Source: Pseudomonas aeruginosa
Lineage (GTDB): Bacteria; Pseudomonadota; Gammaproteobacteria; Pseudomonadales; Pseudomonadaceae
NCBI RefSeq assembly: GCF_001457615.1
Contig: NZ_LN831024.1
Location: forward strand, 3,270,001-3,302,000
Length of the DNA stretch: 32,000 nucleotides
Reading direction: 5' to 3'
Under the pieces are notes generated by a model that saw only the letters and a program-made list of their open reading frames with translations, had not been told where the DNA came from and did no database searches. Below are positions 1 to 8,774 of this stretch, piece by piece (the first letter of the stretch is position 1; the number at the start of each line of letters is the position of its first letter). The position numbers were made by a program, and so were the translations under genes.

Positions 1-201
1 CCGCGCGTTCCGCAGCACAGCCAGGCCGGCGAGCGCCTGTGGAACAGCGCCGGGATCGGCCAGGTATTCATTGGCGAGGACGGCCGTCCGCGCGCGGTGT
101 TGCAGGTCAATGCCGATGGCTCGCCGGCGACCGCCTTCGAGCGACATCGCGACGTCGAAGACGAACGAGCGGACCAGTCGCCGGTCGCGCCGGGTCGCTG
201 A
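1..201 (+). CDS. 3' end of a hypothetical protein, partial, truncated by window start
   Basis: Frame 1 is open from base 1 and ends TGA at 199-201: ...RLWNSAGIGQVFIGEDGRPRAVLQVNADGSPATAFERH...; no family assigned. Confidence 0.5.
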   Translation, partial: PRVPQHSQAGERLWNSAGIGQVFIGEDGRPRAVLQVNADGSPATAFERHRDVEDERADQSPVAPGR

Positions 202-258
202 GACGCCAGAACAAGGGGGACGGGCGGACGCCGCGCCGCGTCATCCGCCCGCCCGGTT

Positions 259-555
259 TCAGAACGGCCGCTCCTGCACGTCCAGGGTCGCCGCCAGCGC
301 TTGCCAGAGCACCTCGGCGAAGACCCGCTGGGCGTCGCCGGACAGGTACGCCTGCATGGCCGCTTCATCGCTCCACTCGCTGTGCAACAGCCACAGGTCG
401 GCGTCCCCGTCCGCCTGGCGCAGTTCGTAGCGCAGGCAACCGGGTGCAGCCTGGCCCGCCTGCGCCAGCTCTTGCAGGCGCAGGCCGAGGCGGTGCGACT
501 GGCCGCTGCGGGCGCGAATGCTGACCAGGTGACTGGCCCGATTGAACGCTGGCAT
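259..555 (-). CDS. Small antibiotic biosynthesis monooxygenase (ABM)-fold protein, PA2048-like
   Basis: 98 aa starting MPAFNRASHLVSIRARSG; ATG at 555 preceded by a GGAGG Shine-Dalgarno. The ABM-like pattern (CLRYELRQADGDADLWLLHSEWSDEAAMQAYL) and position divergent from the AraC gene match PA2048. Confidence 0.8.
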   Translation of the reverse strand: MPAFNRASHLVSIRARSGQSHRLGLRLQELAQAGQAAPGCLRYELRQADGDADLWLLHSEWSDEAAMQAYLSGDAQRVFAEVLWQALAATLDVQERPF

Positions 556-1136
556 GCTCTCTGCCTCCTCGACATGGATTCGCCGCTGCGCAAGCGGCAC
601 CAGGAGTGGAAGGGCCGGCGGCGCCGAGACGCCGGCCGGCCGCTGTGGGGTGTAAGGGTGACGCATGTGCCCTGCCTCCGATTACCAGTTGCCGGGATGG
701 GTCCGCGCCAGCGTGCCGCCCGCGGCTGGGCCGGCAGGCGAACGGGAAGGCGTGTCGGGGACCAGAGCGCCGTCGCGCGACCGCGAACGGGAGGCGCCCG
801 GCGCGCGCTCCGGCGGCACGCCGCCCGATGACAGTCTGGCCTGTTGATTTGACATAGGTGTGTCCCCCTGCAGGTATTTCCCATCGGCATGACGGAGATT
901 CCGCCATGCCAGCCAGATTAGGGGGACGGCGCGGGGAATCGGTAGACGGATACTGTCGGGTTCTTGCCTGAAACTGCCGCGTTCCGGTTTTTTCTCATCC
1001 GCTTGCGCCCGGTGAAACGAGCTGGCTTGCCTGTTCCTGGCGAATGCTTGCCTGATCCTGCCATCGCGCAGCGCGATGGATGCCTGTCGCCGCGACGCGC
1101 GCTAGTCTTGGGAAGGTTTCCCCCGCGAGTCCCCGC

Positions 1137-2069
1137 ATGAGCGAAAACACCCCGCTTCTTTCCGTCGATCTCCCCGCCGAATTGCGCCAGCGCCAGAGCG
1201 AACTGGCGCAGTCGCTGCTCAGGCATTGCCCCCGCGACGGTATCTACGGCACCGCCGTCGACCCCCTCGCCCTGATCCGCGCCGACGGCCCCACCCTGCC
1301 GGCGCGCGGCATGCACAAACCTGCCCTGTGCATCATCGCCCAGGGCCGCAAGGAGGTGCAGTTGGCCGAGGAACGCTATATCTACGATCCGTTGCACTAC
1401 CTGGTGGTCTCGGTCACCCTGCCGCTGGCCGGCCAGGTGATCGACGCCTCGCCGGACGCGCCCTACCTCTGCGTCCGGCTGGATATCGACCCGGCGGAAA
1501 TCACCCAGTTGATCTCCGACGCCGGGCCCATGGAAGTGGCCAGCCGGCGCGGCGACCGCGGCCTCTACGTCGACCGTATCGACGCCAGCCTGCTGGATGC
1601 GGTGCTGCGCCTGATCCATCTGCTGGACAGCCCGCGCGACATCCCGATGCTGGCGCCGCTGATCCTCCGCGAGATTTTCTACCGCCTGCTGCGCAGCGGC
1701 CAGGGCCAGCGCCTGCACGAGATCGCCATCGCCGACAGCCAGGCCCACCGCATCACCCGCGCCATCGACTGGATCAACCAGAACTACGGCAAGCCGCTGC
1801 GCATCGAGCAACTGGCCCAGGTGGTCAACCTCAGCCCCTCGACCCTGCACCACCGCTTCAAGGCCGTGACCGCGATGAGCCCGTTGCAGTACCAGAAGCA
1901 GCTGCGCTTGCAGGAAGCACGCCGGCTGATCTTCAGCGAGGGCCTGGAAGTGGCCGCCGCCGGCTACCGGGTCGGCTACGAAAGCCCGTCGCAGTTCAGC
2001 CGCGAGTACAGCCGGCTGTTCGGCGCCCCGCCGCTGCGCGACCTGGCGCGGGCGCGCAACACCGCCTAG
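1137..2069 (+). CDS. cmrA: AraC-family transcriptional regulator with AraC N-terminal arm domain, CmrA (PA2047)-like
   Basis: C-terminal double HTH (RIEQLAQVVNLSPSTLHHRFKAVTAMSPLQYQKQLRLQEARRLI...VGYESPSQFSREYSRLFG); N-terminal cupin-like domain (HKPALCIIAQGRKEVQLAEERYIYDPLHYLVVSVTLP). Symbol assigned from synteny with an ABM gene. Start MSENTPLL chosen at 1137. Confidence 0.85.
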   Translation: MSENTPLLSVDLPAELRQRQSELAQSLLRHCPRDGIYGTAVDPLALIRADGPTLPARGMHKPALCIIAQGRKEVQLAEERYIYDPLHYLVVSVTLPLAGQVIDASPDAPYLCVRLDIDPAEITQLISDAGPMEVASRRGDRGLYVDRIDASLLDAVLRLIHLLDSPRDIPMLAPLILREIFYRLLRSGQGQRLHEIAIADSQAHRITRAIDWINQNYGKPLRIEQLAQVVNLSPSTLHHRFKAVTAMSPLQYQKQLRLQEARRLIFSEGLEVAAAGYRVGYESPSQFSREYSRLFGAPPLRDLARARNTA

Positions 2070-2156
2070 GGGAACGCGGCAGCCGCCGCGACGGTCAATC
2101 GGGAAGCGGCGGGATACCTTCGTCGCCCCGACCGACCTTGCGCAACCGTACCCGCC

Positions 2157-3509
2157 ATGACCCGAGCCCTGCCCCTGCTCCTGCTTGCCCTGTCCCTTCC
2201 CGCCGCGGCGACGGACAGCGAGTCGTTCGCCCGCCGCTACCTGGCCTATGTCCATGCCGTCGGCCAGCACAGCGAACGACTCTGGCCCGGCTGGCGGATG
2301 GCCGACAAGGCCTTCCTCTACAGCGATGGCCGCAGTACCTGGGTCGCCGATGCCGAAGGCCGCGCGCAGCGCACCACGGTGGCGGGCGACAGCGACCCGG
2401 ATCTCGACCTGAGCTATGCCTTTCCGCGTTACCGGGGCCGTCCGGCGGTGCTGCTGCAGATCAGCGCCGCGCACCTGCGGAGCAATACCGGCAATAGCGA
2501 GACGCTGGCCGCCATCGGCCCGCACGAAGCCTTCCATCGCTACGCCCAGGAAGACTGGCCGGGCCTGCGCAAGCCCGGTGGCTATCGCGGCGACCTGGCC
2601 ACGCTCGCCCCGCGCCCGCGGGAATACCGCTATGCCCTGTTCCAGTCGCTGCTCCAGGCCCTGCGCACGCCCGGGCAGCGCGACAGCTACCTGAGCGACG
2701 CCCAGGGCTGGCTGCGCCGCTGGCGCGAAGCGGCTCCCGAGGAAAGCCGGCTGGCGGCGCAGGTCGATCTCAGCGAAGGCACCGCGCGCTACATCGAGAT
2801 GGCCGCCGCCGCGCGCTACCGCACCGATTTCGCCGAGGATCCGCAACGCTATCGGCAGGCGCTGCGGGAGTACGCCCTGGCCTTCTACGATGCCAACGAG
2901 ATCGGCGTCGGCGTCGACAGCGAAGCCTACGAGATCGGCGCGCTGGCCGGAGTGCTGCTGGACCTGCGCGACGACGGGGACTGGAAGGAAGCCGCGACGG
3001 CCGGCACCTGGCCGCTGGACTACCTGCTGCGCGACCAGCCTCCGGCCTGGAGCGAACTCCCCGACGACGCGCGGGCGCGCGGCGAGCGCTACCGGCGCGA
3101 GATGGGCGCCACCCGCCAGCGCCTGGTCGAGTTGCAGGAGGCCTTCGCCGACCCACGGCGACCGCTGCTGGTGATCCCGCAACCGCGCCGCACCATCGGC
3201 TTCGCCACGGCGGCCAGCGAGGTGCGCGGGGGCTTCTACGTCCTTACCGACGGGCCGTTTCGCCAGGCCTACCTCGGCGCGCGCTGGAATGTCGGCGAGC
3301 TGACCCTGGACGGCGTCGACTACCTGGAGGGCGACGCCGAGGCGTACTGCCCGGGCTACGGCCGTTCGGCACTGATTCCATTGCGCGGAGGCGCTTGGCG
3401 CGAGGGCACGCTGGCGCCGGAAGAACCCGGCCTGCGCGGCCGCCTGGCGACTGCTCGCAGCCTCGTCGACGGGCGGACCCTCTATTGCGCGGCGGAGAAT
3501 GCTCCTTGA
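2157..3509 (+). CDS. Conserved exported hypothetical protein (450 aa)
   Basis: Signal peptide-like start [21 protein letters not shown]; uninterrupted 450 aa ORF with good third-position GC pattern; no family recognised. Confidence 0.8.
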   Translation: MTRALPLLLLALSLPAAATDSESFARRYLAYVHAVGQHSERLWPGWRMADKAFLYSDGRSTWVADAEGRAQRTTVAGDSDPDLDLSYAFPRYRGRPAVLLQISAAHLRSNTGNSETLAAIGPHEAFHRYAQEDWPGLRKPGGYRGDLATLAPRPREYRYALFQSLLQALRTPGQRDSYLSDAQGWLRRWREAAPEESRLAAQVDLSEGTARYIEMAAAARYRTDFAEDPQRYRQALREYALAFYDANEIGVGVDSEAYEIGALAGVLLDLRDDGDWKEAATAGTWPLDYLLRDQPPAWSELPDDARARGERYRREMGATRQRLVELQEAFADPRRPLLVIPQPRRTIGFATAASEVRGGFYVLTDGPFRQAYLGARWNVGELTLDGVDYLEGDAEAYCPGYGRSALIPLRGGAWREGTLAPEEPGLRGRLATARSLVDGRTLYCAAENAP

Positions 3510-3567
3510 GGACCGACAACGGCGCTACAATGCCCGCTCGCCGCCGCAACCCCGCCGAGGGCTCGCC

Positions 3568-3828
3568 ATGAAGTTCCTGCTGATCGGGCTGATCCGCTTC
3601 TACCAGTACGCAATCAGCCCGCTGATCGGTCCCCGCTGCCGCTTCTACCCCAGTTGCTCGCACTACACCCTGGAAGCCATCCGCGTACATGGCGCGCTGC
3701 GAGGCGGCTACCTCGGCGCGCGCCGGCTGCTGCGCTGCCACCCCTGGCACCCGGGCGGCTACGACCCGGTTCCGGAGCGCCAGGAACAGGCGTGCGCCTG
3801 CCACAGAACGGCGAAGCCCGGCGAATGA
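3568..3828 (+). CDS. YidD-family membrane protein insertion efficiency factor, second-copy type
   Basis: [69 protein letters not shown] carries the YidD signature (FYPSCSxYxxEA...[24 protein letters not shown]). Confidence 0.93.
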   Translation: MKFLLIGLIRFYQYAISPLIGPRCRFYPSCSHYTLEAIRVHGALRGGYLGARRLLRCHPWHPGGYDPVPERQEQACACHRTAKPGE

Positions 3829-4001
3829 AGCCGGCGAAAAGATCGCAACGGCGACATCCCGCACATAACCGGACCCGCCGGTCGACATGCGGAATTGATA
3901 AAACCTATCATTCAGGGTCCATCTCCCCGGCTATCGCCCGGCGCCCCTTGCGCCCGACTACGCCGGGGAGTTCCGCTCAAACGTTTCATCCTGAGGCTCC
4001 G

Positions 4002-5876
4002 ATGCCCCGTCATCCCTTCTCCCCTTCCTTCCTCGCCGCCAGCGTCTTCTGCGCCGCCACCCCGGCCCTCGCCGCGCTGCAACCGATCGCCGAGGCGCCG
4101 CTGGCCGGCGAAACCGAGTTCCGCTGCCAGTTCAACGCCGACAACAGCACCGATTGCGTGAGCACCTACAGCTTCACCATCCTCAAGCCGAGCGGCCGCG
4201 AGATGCTCTCGCGCATCGATCGCAGCTACGCGGAGACCGACAGCCTGATCGTGGAGAAGGCCGAGCTGACCCAGCCCGGCGGCAAGCCGGTGCCGCTGGA
4301 CCAGTCGCAGATCGATACGCGCACCGCGCCGAACCCGGACCAGGGCTTCCTGCGCGAACGCCAGACCTCCCTGGCGTTCCCCAACCTGCGCGTCGGCACC
4401 CGCATCAGCTACACCCTGCGCGAGCACTTCACCGCCAAGCCGCTGAGCACCCAGTTCCACTACATTCTCAGCCGCCCGCCGATGCCGGTGCGCGACGACC
4501 GCTTCGTCGCCGAGTTCAAGGCCGAGCGGCCGATCTTCGTGCGCAGCGAGCTGATGGACGCCTATCGCATCGAACAGAGCGCCGACAAGAAGACCCTCAA
4601 GGTCAGCCTGAAAAAGCCGCAATACACCAACTACATCAACGAAGCCGGCAACGCCTACCTGCGCCATACCCCGCGCCTGGAGCTGGGCAGTTCGCTGGAC
4701 CTGCAGGACAACTTCGGCCCGTTCGCCGCGCGCTACAACGAGATCCTCGCCGCGGAGCTGCCCAAGGGCGCCGCGGCGGCCGTCGCCGCGGTGAAGGGCA
4801 AGCCGGCCCGCGAGCAGGTCGCCGGCCTGATGCAGTACATCAACGACACCTACCGCTACCTGGGCGACTGGCGCGCCAGCGAGCGCGGCTACGTGCCCTT
4901 CTCCCTGGCGGAGATCGAGCGCAATGGCTACGGCGACTGCAAGGACCTGGCGATCCTCCTCGCCGCCATGCTCAAGGCCGCCGGGATCAAGGCCGAACCG
5001 ACCCTGGTCAGCCGCGGCGACGTGGTCTGGGACCTGCTGGTGCCCGGCATGTACGCGCCGAACCATGCCATCGTCCGCGCCGAGGTGGACGGCAAGACCT
5101 GGTGGCTGGACCCGACCAACCCGGTGTTCGCTCCCGGCCGCATCATGCCCGACATCCAGCAGCGCTGGGCGCTGGTGCTGGGCGCCGACGGCAAGGTGCG
5201 GCGCGACGAGATTCCCCTGGAAGCGCCCGGCGACACCCTGCGCGTGACCCGCAGCGAGCATTACACCCATGACGGCGAAGCCCGGGTCGAGTCGCGCGTG
5301 GAGCTTTCCAACGCGCCGCTGATGCAGCTCAGCGTCGCCGATCGCCAGCGCGGCCGCACCAGCACCGACCAGGACCTGTGCCGCAACTTCGCCAAGGAAG
5401 GCAGCGACTGCGTGCTGGAGCGCGACGACAGCCAGTTCGTGCTGCCGCCCAGCTATACGATCAGTGCCAGGCTTACCGACCGCCGCGCCCTCGACCGGCT
5501 CGGCGGAGAGTATTTCTACAACCGCCAGGACCTGGCCAGCCAGTGGGATGCCTTCGCCAAGTACCGTAGCGAAGGCCAGTTGGCCGAGCTGTACCTGGGC
5601 GAACCGCAGATCACGTCCTACGACATCAGCCTGTCCGGCGGCAAGACTGACGAGCCGGCGCACAGTTGCGAGATCCGCAGTCCCTGGTTCGACATCGACC
5701 TGCAGGCCGAACCGGCCAAGGATGGCGGCTACCACTATCGTTATCGGGAAGTGCAGAAGACCAGTTGGCTCAACCACGACGAGATCAACAGCGCCGAGTT
5801 CGGCAAGCTGATCGAGCAGAGCCGCGGTTGCGTCGAGCAACTGCGCCTGGTGGTCAAGCTGGACAAGCGTCCCTGA
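4002..5876 (+). CDS. Exported DUF3857/transglutaminase-like protein
   Basis: Signal peptide MPRHPFSPSFLAASVFCAATPALA; DUF3857-like N-terminal half and transglutaminase core region (YRYLGDWRASERGYVPFSLAEIERNGYGDCKDLAILLAAMLKAAGIKAEPTLVSRGD...PNHAIVRAEVDGKTWWLDPTN), with Cys, His, Asp triad. An alternative in-frame start at 3825 overlaps the yidD stop. Confidence 0.9.
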   Translation: MPRHPFSPSFLAASVFCAATPALAALQPIAEAPLAGETEFRCQFNADNSTDCVSTYSFTILKPSGREMLSRIDRSYAETDSLIVEKAELTQPGGKPVPLDQSQIDTRTAPNPDQGFLRERQTSLAFPNLRVGTRISYTLREHFTAKPLSTQFHYILSRPPMPVRDDRFVAEFKAERPIFVRSELMDAYRIEQSADKKTLKVSLKKPQYTNYINEAGNAYLRHTPRLELGSSLDLQDNFGPFAARYNEILAAELPKGAAAAVAAVKGKPAREQVAGLMQYINDTYRYLGDWRASERGYVPFSLAEIERNGYGDCKDLAILLAAMLKAAGIKAEPTLVSRGDVVWDLLVPGMYAPNHAIVRAEVDGKTWWLDPTNPVFAPGRIMPDIQQRWALVLGADGKVRRDEIPLEAPGDTLRVTRSEHYTHDGEARVESRVELSNAPLMQLSVADRQRGRTSTDQDLCRNFAKEGSDCVLERDDSQFVLPPSYTISARLTDRRALDRLGGEYFYNRQDLASQWDAFAKYRSEGQLAELYLGEPQITSYDISLSGGKTDEPAHSCEIRSPWFDIDLQAEPAKDGGYHYRYREVQKTSWLNHDEINSAEFGKLIEQSRGCVEQLRLVVKLDKRP

Positions 5877-5883
5877 GCGACCC

Positions 5884-5903
5884 GCGCCCGCTCCGGCGGG
5901 CGC
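5884..5903. terminator. GC-rich hairpin just after the convergent ends
   Basis: Perfect 8-bp stem GCGCCCGC-TCCG-GCGGGCGC; no clear T tract, so terminator role is inferred. Confidence 0.45.
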
Positions 5904-5930
5904 GTCCAGCCGCACCAGCGGGCGATCCTT

Positions 5931-6014
5931 CTACTCGCCCGCGCAGCCCTCCAGGCCGAGCGCCTGTTCATAGAAACGCGCCATGCGCTCCGGGTCGGCG
6001 ACGTACGCCAGCAT
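5931..6014 (-). pseudogene. Truncated glyoxalase/VOC-family fragment
   Basis: 27-codon ORF MLAYVADPERMARFYEQALGLEGCAGE, matching only the first beta-alpha segment of VOC proteins, then stop. Confidence 0.4.
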
Positions 6015-6034
6015 TCCGCTGGCGAGCCTGTCGC

Positions 6035-6937
6035 CTACACCTGCCAATCGAGCCGCAGCCCGGATTCGAACGTACGCCTCTCCCCGCTCAGCGGGTCGTC
6101 GAAGCGCAGCCCCCTGGCCAGCAGCTTGAGCGGCCGCAGGTAGTCGTCGGGGCTGCCCTCGGCGTCCAGCAGCTCGGGATAGAACCCATCGTTCTGGATA
6201 CCCGCGCCGAGTGCCGCAAGGTGCACGCGCAGCTGGTGCTTCTTGCCGGTCACCGGATACAGCCGGTAGCGCCACCAGCGGCCGTTGCGCTCGACGACCT
6301 CGATGCGCGTCTCGCTGTTCGGCTCGCCCTCGCCTTCGCGCATGCGGAAGAACGGCTCGCCGGGCACCAGGCGGGTCCTGCGCAGCAACGGGAAGTCCAG
6401 TTGCGGCAAGGCCGGAGCGATCGCTTCGTAGCACTTGTCGATGCGCCGCTCGCGGAACAGCGCCTGGTAGCGCCCGCGGCTGCCGGGATTGGTCGAGAAC
6501 AGCACCAGCCCGGCGGTATGCCGGTCGATCCGGTGCAGCGGCACCAGGTCGCGATTGCCGGTGCTGCGGGCCAGCCGCGCCAGGAGCGTCTGCTCGACGT
6601 AGCCGCCGGCCGGCATCACCGGCAGGAAGTGCGGCTTGTCCGCCACCAGCAGATGCTCGTCGCGGTACAGGATGCGCGCCTCGAAAGGAATCGGTGCCTC
6701 CACCGGCAACTCGCGGAAGTAGTGCACACGCAGGCCTTCGCGATATGCCGCCTGCGGGCCCAGCGCACGCCCCTCGGCGTCCAGCACCCGGCCCCGCTGC
6801 ATGCGCGCCAGCCAGGTGTCACGGTCGATGGCCGGGAAACGCGCGCAGAGACAGTCGAGCACGGTGCTCCAGGGACCGGCCGGCAGATGCAGGGTGCTGG
6901 CGCGGAGACTGGCATCGGGCAAGGAAGGAGACGACAT
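6035..6937 (-). CDS. RluA-family pseudouridine synthase, PA2043-like
   Basis: LLVADKPHFLPVMPAGG...LVPLHRIDRHTAGLVLFSTNPGSRGRYQALFRER; catalytic HRIDRxTxG motif. Confidence 0.9.
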   Translation of the reverse strand: MSSPSLPDASLRASTLHLPAGPWSTVLDCLCARFPAIDRDTWLARMQRGRVLDAEGRALGPQAAYREGLRVHYFRELPVEAPIPFEARILYRDEHLLVADKPHFLPVMPAGGYVEQTLLARLARSTGNRDLVPLHRIDRHTAGLVLFSTNPGSRGRYQALFRERRIDKCYEAIAPALPQLDFPLLRRTRLVPGEPFFRMREGEGEPNSETRIEVVERNGRWWRYRLYPVTGKKHQLRVHLAALGAGIQNDGFYPELLDAEGSPDDYLRPLKLLARGLRFDDPLSGERRTFESGLRLDWQV

Positions 6938-7011
6938 GCGGCAACTCGGGAAGGACGGGCGACCATTAGGCCGCAGCGCGGCGCACAGGTCAAAGCACGC
7001 CGGGGCGAAAC

Positions 7012-7039
7012 GAAGAAACCGCCCGAAGGCGGTTTCTTC
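7012..7039 (-). terminator. Intrinsic terminator-like hairpin downstream of sstT
   Basis: Perfect 12-bp stem GAAGAAACCGCC-CGAA-GGCGGTTTCTTC, about 19 bp past the sstT stop. Confidence 0.8.
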
Positions 7040-7057
7040 CGTGACCCAGGGATCGAA

Positions 7058-8287
7058 TCAGGCGGCGCTCGCCTTGCGCTCTTCCGCCTCGCAGGCGGCT
7101 GCGGTGAACAGCACGTCGGTCGAGGAGTTCAGCGCGGTCTCCGCGGAGTCCTGGAGGATCGCGATGATGAAGCCTACCGCCACCACCTGCATCGCCACCT
7201 CGCTGGGAATCCCGAACAGGCTGCAGGCCAGCGGGATCAGCAGCAGCGAACCGCCGGCCACGCCGGACGCGCCGCAGGCGCAGATCGACGCCACCACGCT
7301 GAGCAGGATCGCGGTCGGTACGTCCACGGCGATGCCCAGGGTATGCACCGCTGCCAGGGTCAGCACGGTGATGGTGATCGCCGCGCCAGCCATGTTGATG
7401 GTCGCGCCCAGCGGGATCGATACCGAATAGGTGTCTTCGTGCAGGCCCAGGCGCTCGCAGAGCTGCAGGTTGACCGGGATATTGGCTGCCGAGCTGCGGG
7501 TGAAGAACGCGGTCATGCCGCTTTCGCGCAGGCAGGTCAGCACCAGCGGATAGGGATTGCGGCGGATCTTCAGGAACACGATCAGCGGGTTGACCACGAA
7601 GGCCACGAACAGCATGCAGCCGAGCAACACCACCAGCAGGTGGGCATAGCCTTTCAGGGCCTCGACGCCGGACTCGGCGAAGGTCGAGGCGACCAGGCCG
7701 AAGATGCCCAGCGGGGCGAAGCGAATCACCACCTTGACGATCAGCGAGACGCCGTTGGACAGCTCGGAGAGCAGGTTGCGGGTGGTATCGCTGGCGTGGC
7801 GGAAAGCGATGCCGAGGCCGATGGCCCAGGCCAGGATGCCGATGAAGTTGGCCGAGATCAGGGCGTTGACCGGGTTGTCCACCACGCTCAGCAGCAGGGA
7901 CTGGAGCACCTCGGCGATGCCGCCCGGAGGCGACATCTCGCCCGGATGGCTGGCCAGCACCAGGCTCGAGGGGAAGGCGAAGCTGGCGATCACCGCCACC
8001 ACCGCGGCGCTGAAGGTGCCGACCAGGTACAGCAGCAGGATCGGCCGGATATGGGTCTGCTGGCCTTGCCTGTGGTTGGCGATGGATGCCATCACCAGGA
8101 CGAACACCAGTACCGGCGCGACGGCCTTCAGCGCGGAAACGAAGACCTTGCCGATGAAGCCGACCTTGAGCGCGGCGGCCGGGAAGAAGCTGGCGAGCAG
8201 CAGGCCGGCGATCAGGCCGACGATGATCTGGCCCACCAGGCTGGTACGCGTCAGCAGATGAAGCAGGGGACGTTCAGGGTATGTCAT
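7058..8287 (-). CDS. sstT: Serine/threonine:sodium symporter SstT
   Basis: 409 aa DAACS-family carrier: [91 protein letters not shown]. Confidence 0.93.
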   Translation of the reverse strand: MTYPERPLLHLLTRTSLVGQIIVGLIAGLLLASFFPAAALKVGFIGKVFVSALKAVAPVLVFVLVMASIANHRQGQQTHIRPILLLYLVGTFSAAVVAVIASFAFPSSLVLASHPGEMSPPGGIAEVLQSLLLSVVDNPVNALISANFIGILAWAIGLGIAFRHASDTTRNLLSELSNGVSLIVKVVIRFAPLGIFGLVASTFAESGVEALKGYAHLLVVLLGCMLFVAFVVNPLIVFLKIRRNPYPLVLTCLRESGMTAFFTRSSAANIPVNLQLCERLGLHEDTYSVSIPLGATINMAGAAITITVLTLAAVHTLGIAVDVPTAILLSVVASICACGASGVAGGSLLLIPLACSLFGIPSEVAMQVVAVGFIIAILQDSAETALNSSTDVLFTAAACEAEERKASAA

Positions 8288-8635
8288 GCAGATTTCTACT
8301 CTTATAGGTGTGTCGAAGGCCGGCCCAGGCAGCTTCCATGCCGAACGACCCTGTGCCGTTCCGCCCCCGCGAAGGGATGGTTCGAGCGAGCCGGGTAGTC
8401 TAGGGAAGGACGCGCAGCACCACAGGAAACACCGACCAGCGGATACCGGGCTCCCCCGCCACGGCCATCGAACCGGATCGGGACGGCGTGGATTCTAGCC
8501 GTGTCTGCGCTTTTTGGGGGCGTCCAATTCTGTCTGGATTCGGACATGTCGTCGCAGGCGCATTGCCAGCCGGGAGGCCGGAAACCCCTGTGAAAAGGAG
8601 GAAAAACGCGAAATTCGCTGTCTGCAGATAGCCAA

Positions 8636-8657
8636 AGCCCGCCATGAGGCGGGCTTC
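8636..8657 (-). terminator. Terminator-like hairpin between the permease gene and sstT
   Basis: 9-bp stem AAGCCCGCC-ATGA-GGCGGGCTT; minus-strand reading is followed by TTT. Confidence 0.45.
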
Positions 8658-8774
8658 AGATGGGGGGCTAGTCCGTTAGCCATGGGTCCATGATTGACCC
8701 GTCACCGTGAAAATTTCGTGAAGATTACCAATCTTTTTCCTTCACATTTCCGCTGAATCCATTCACCGCTCGCC

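Noticed and set aside
963-1079. Possible CRISPR-like array from the CTTGCCTG repeats
   Set aside because: Repeats are too short and few, 21-bp spacing fits transcription-factor half-sites, and no cas genes are present.
918-3182. 754-aa minus-strand ORF antisense to the AraC-like and 450-aa genes
   Set aside because: Low-complexity His/Gln/Ala/Gly-rich translation typical of the antisense frame of high-GC genes; overlaps two well-supported CDSs.
3912-5915. 667-aa minus-strand ORF
   Set aside because: Antisense shadow of the transglutaminase-like gene; no domain or plausible start.
5666-8398. 910-aa plus-strand ORF
   Set aside because: Crosses the RluA-type and sstT genes in antisense; composition rich in Q/H/R/G, no recognisable domain.
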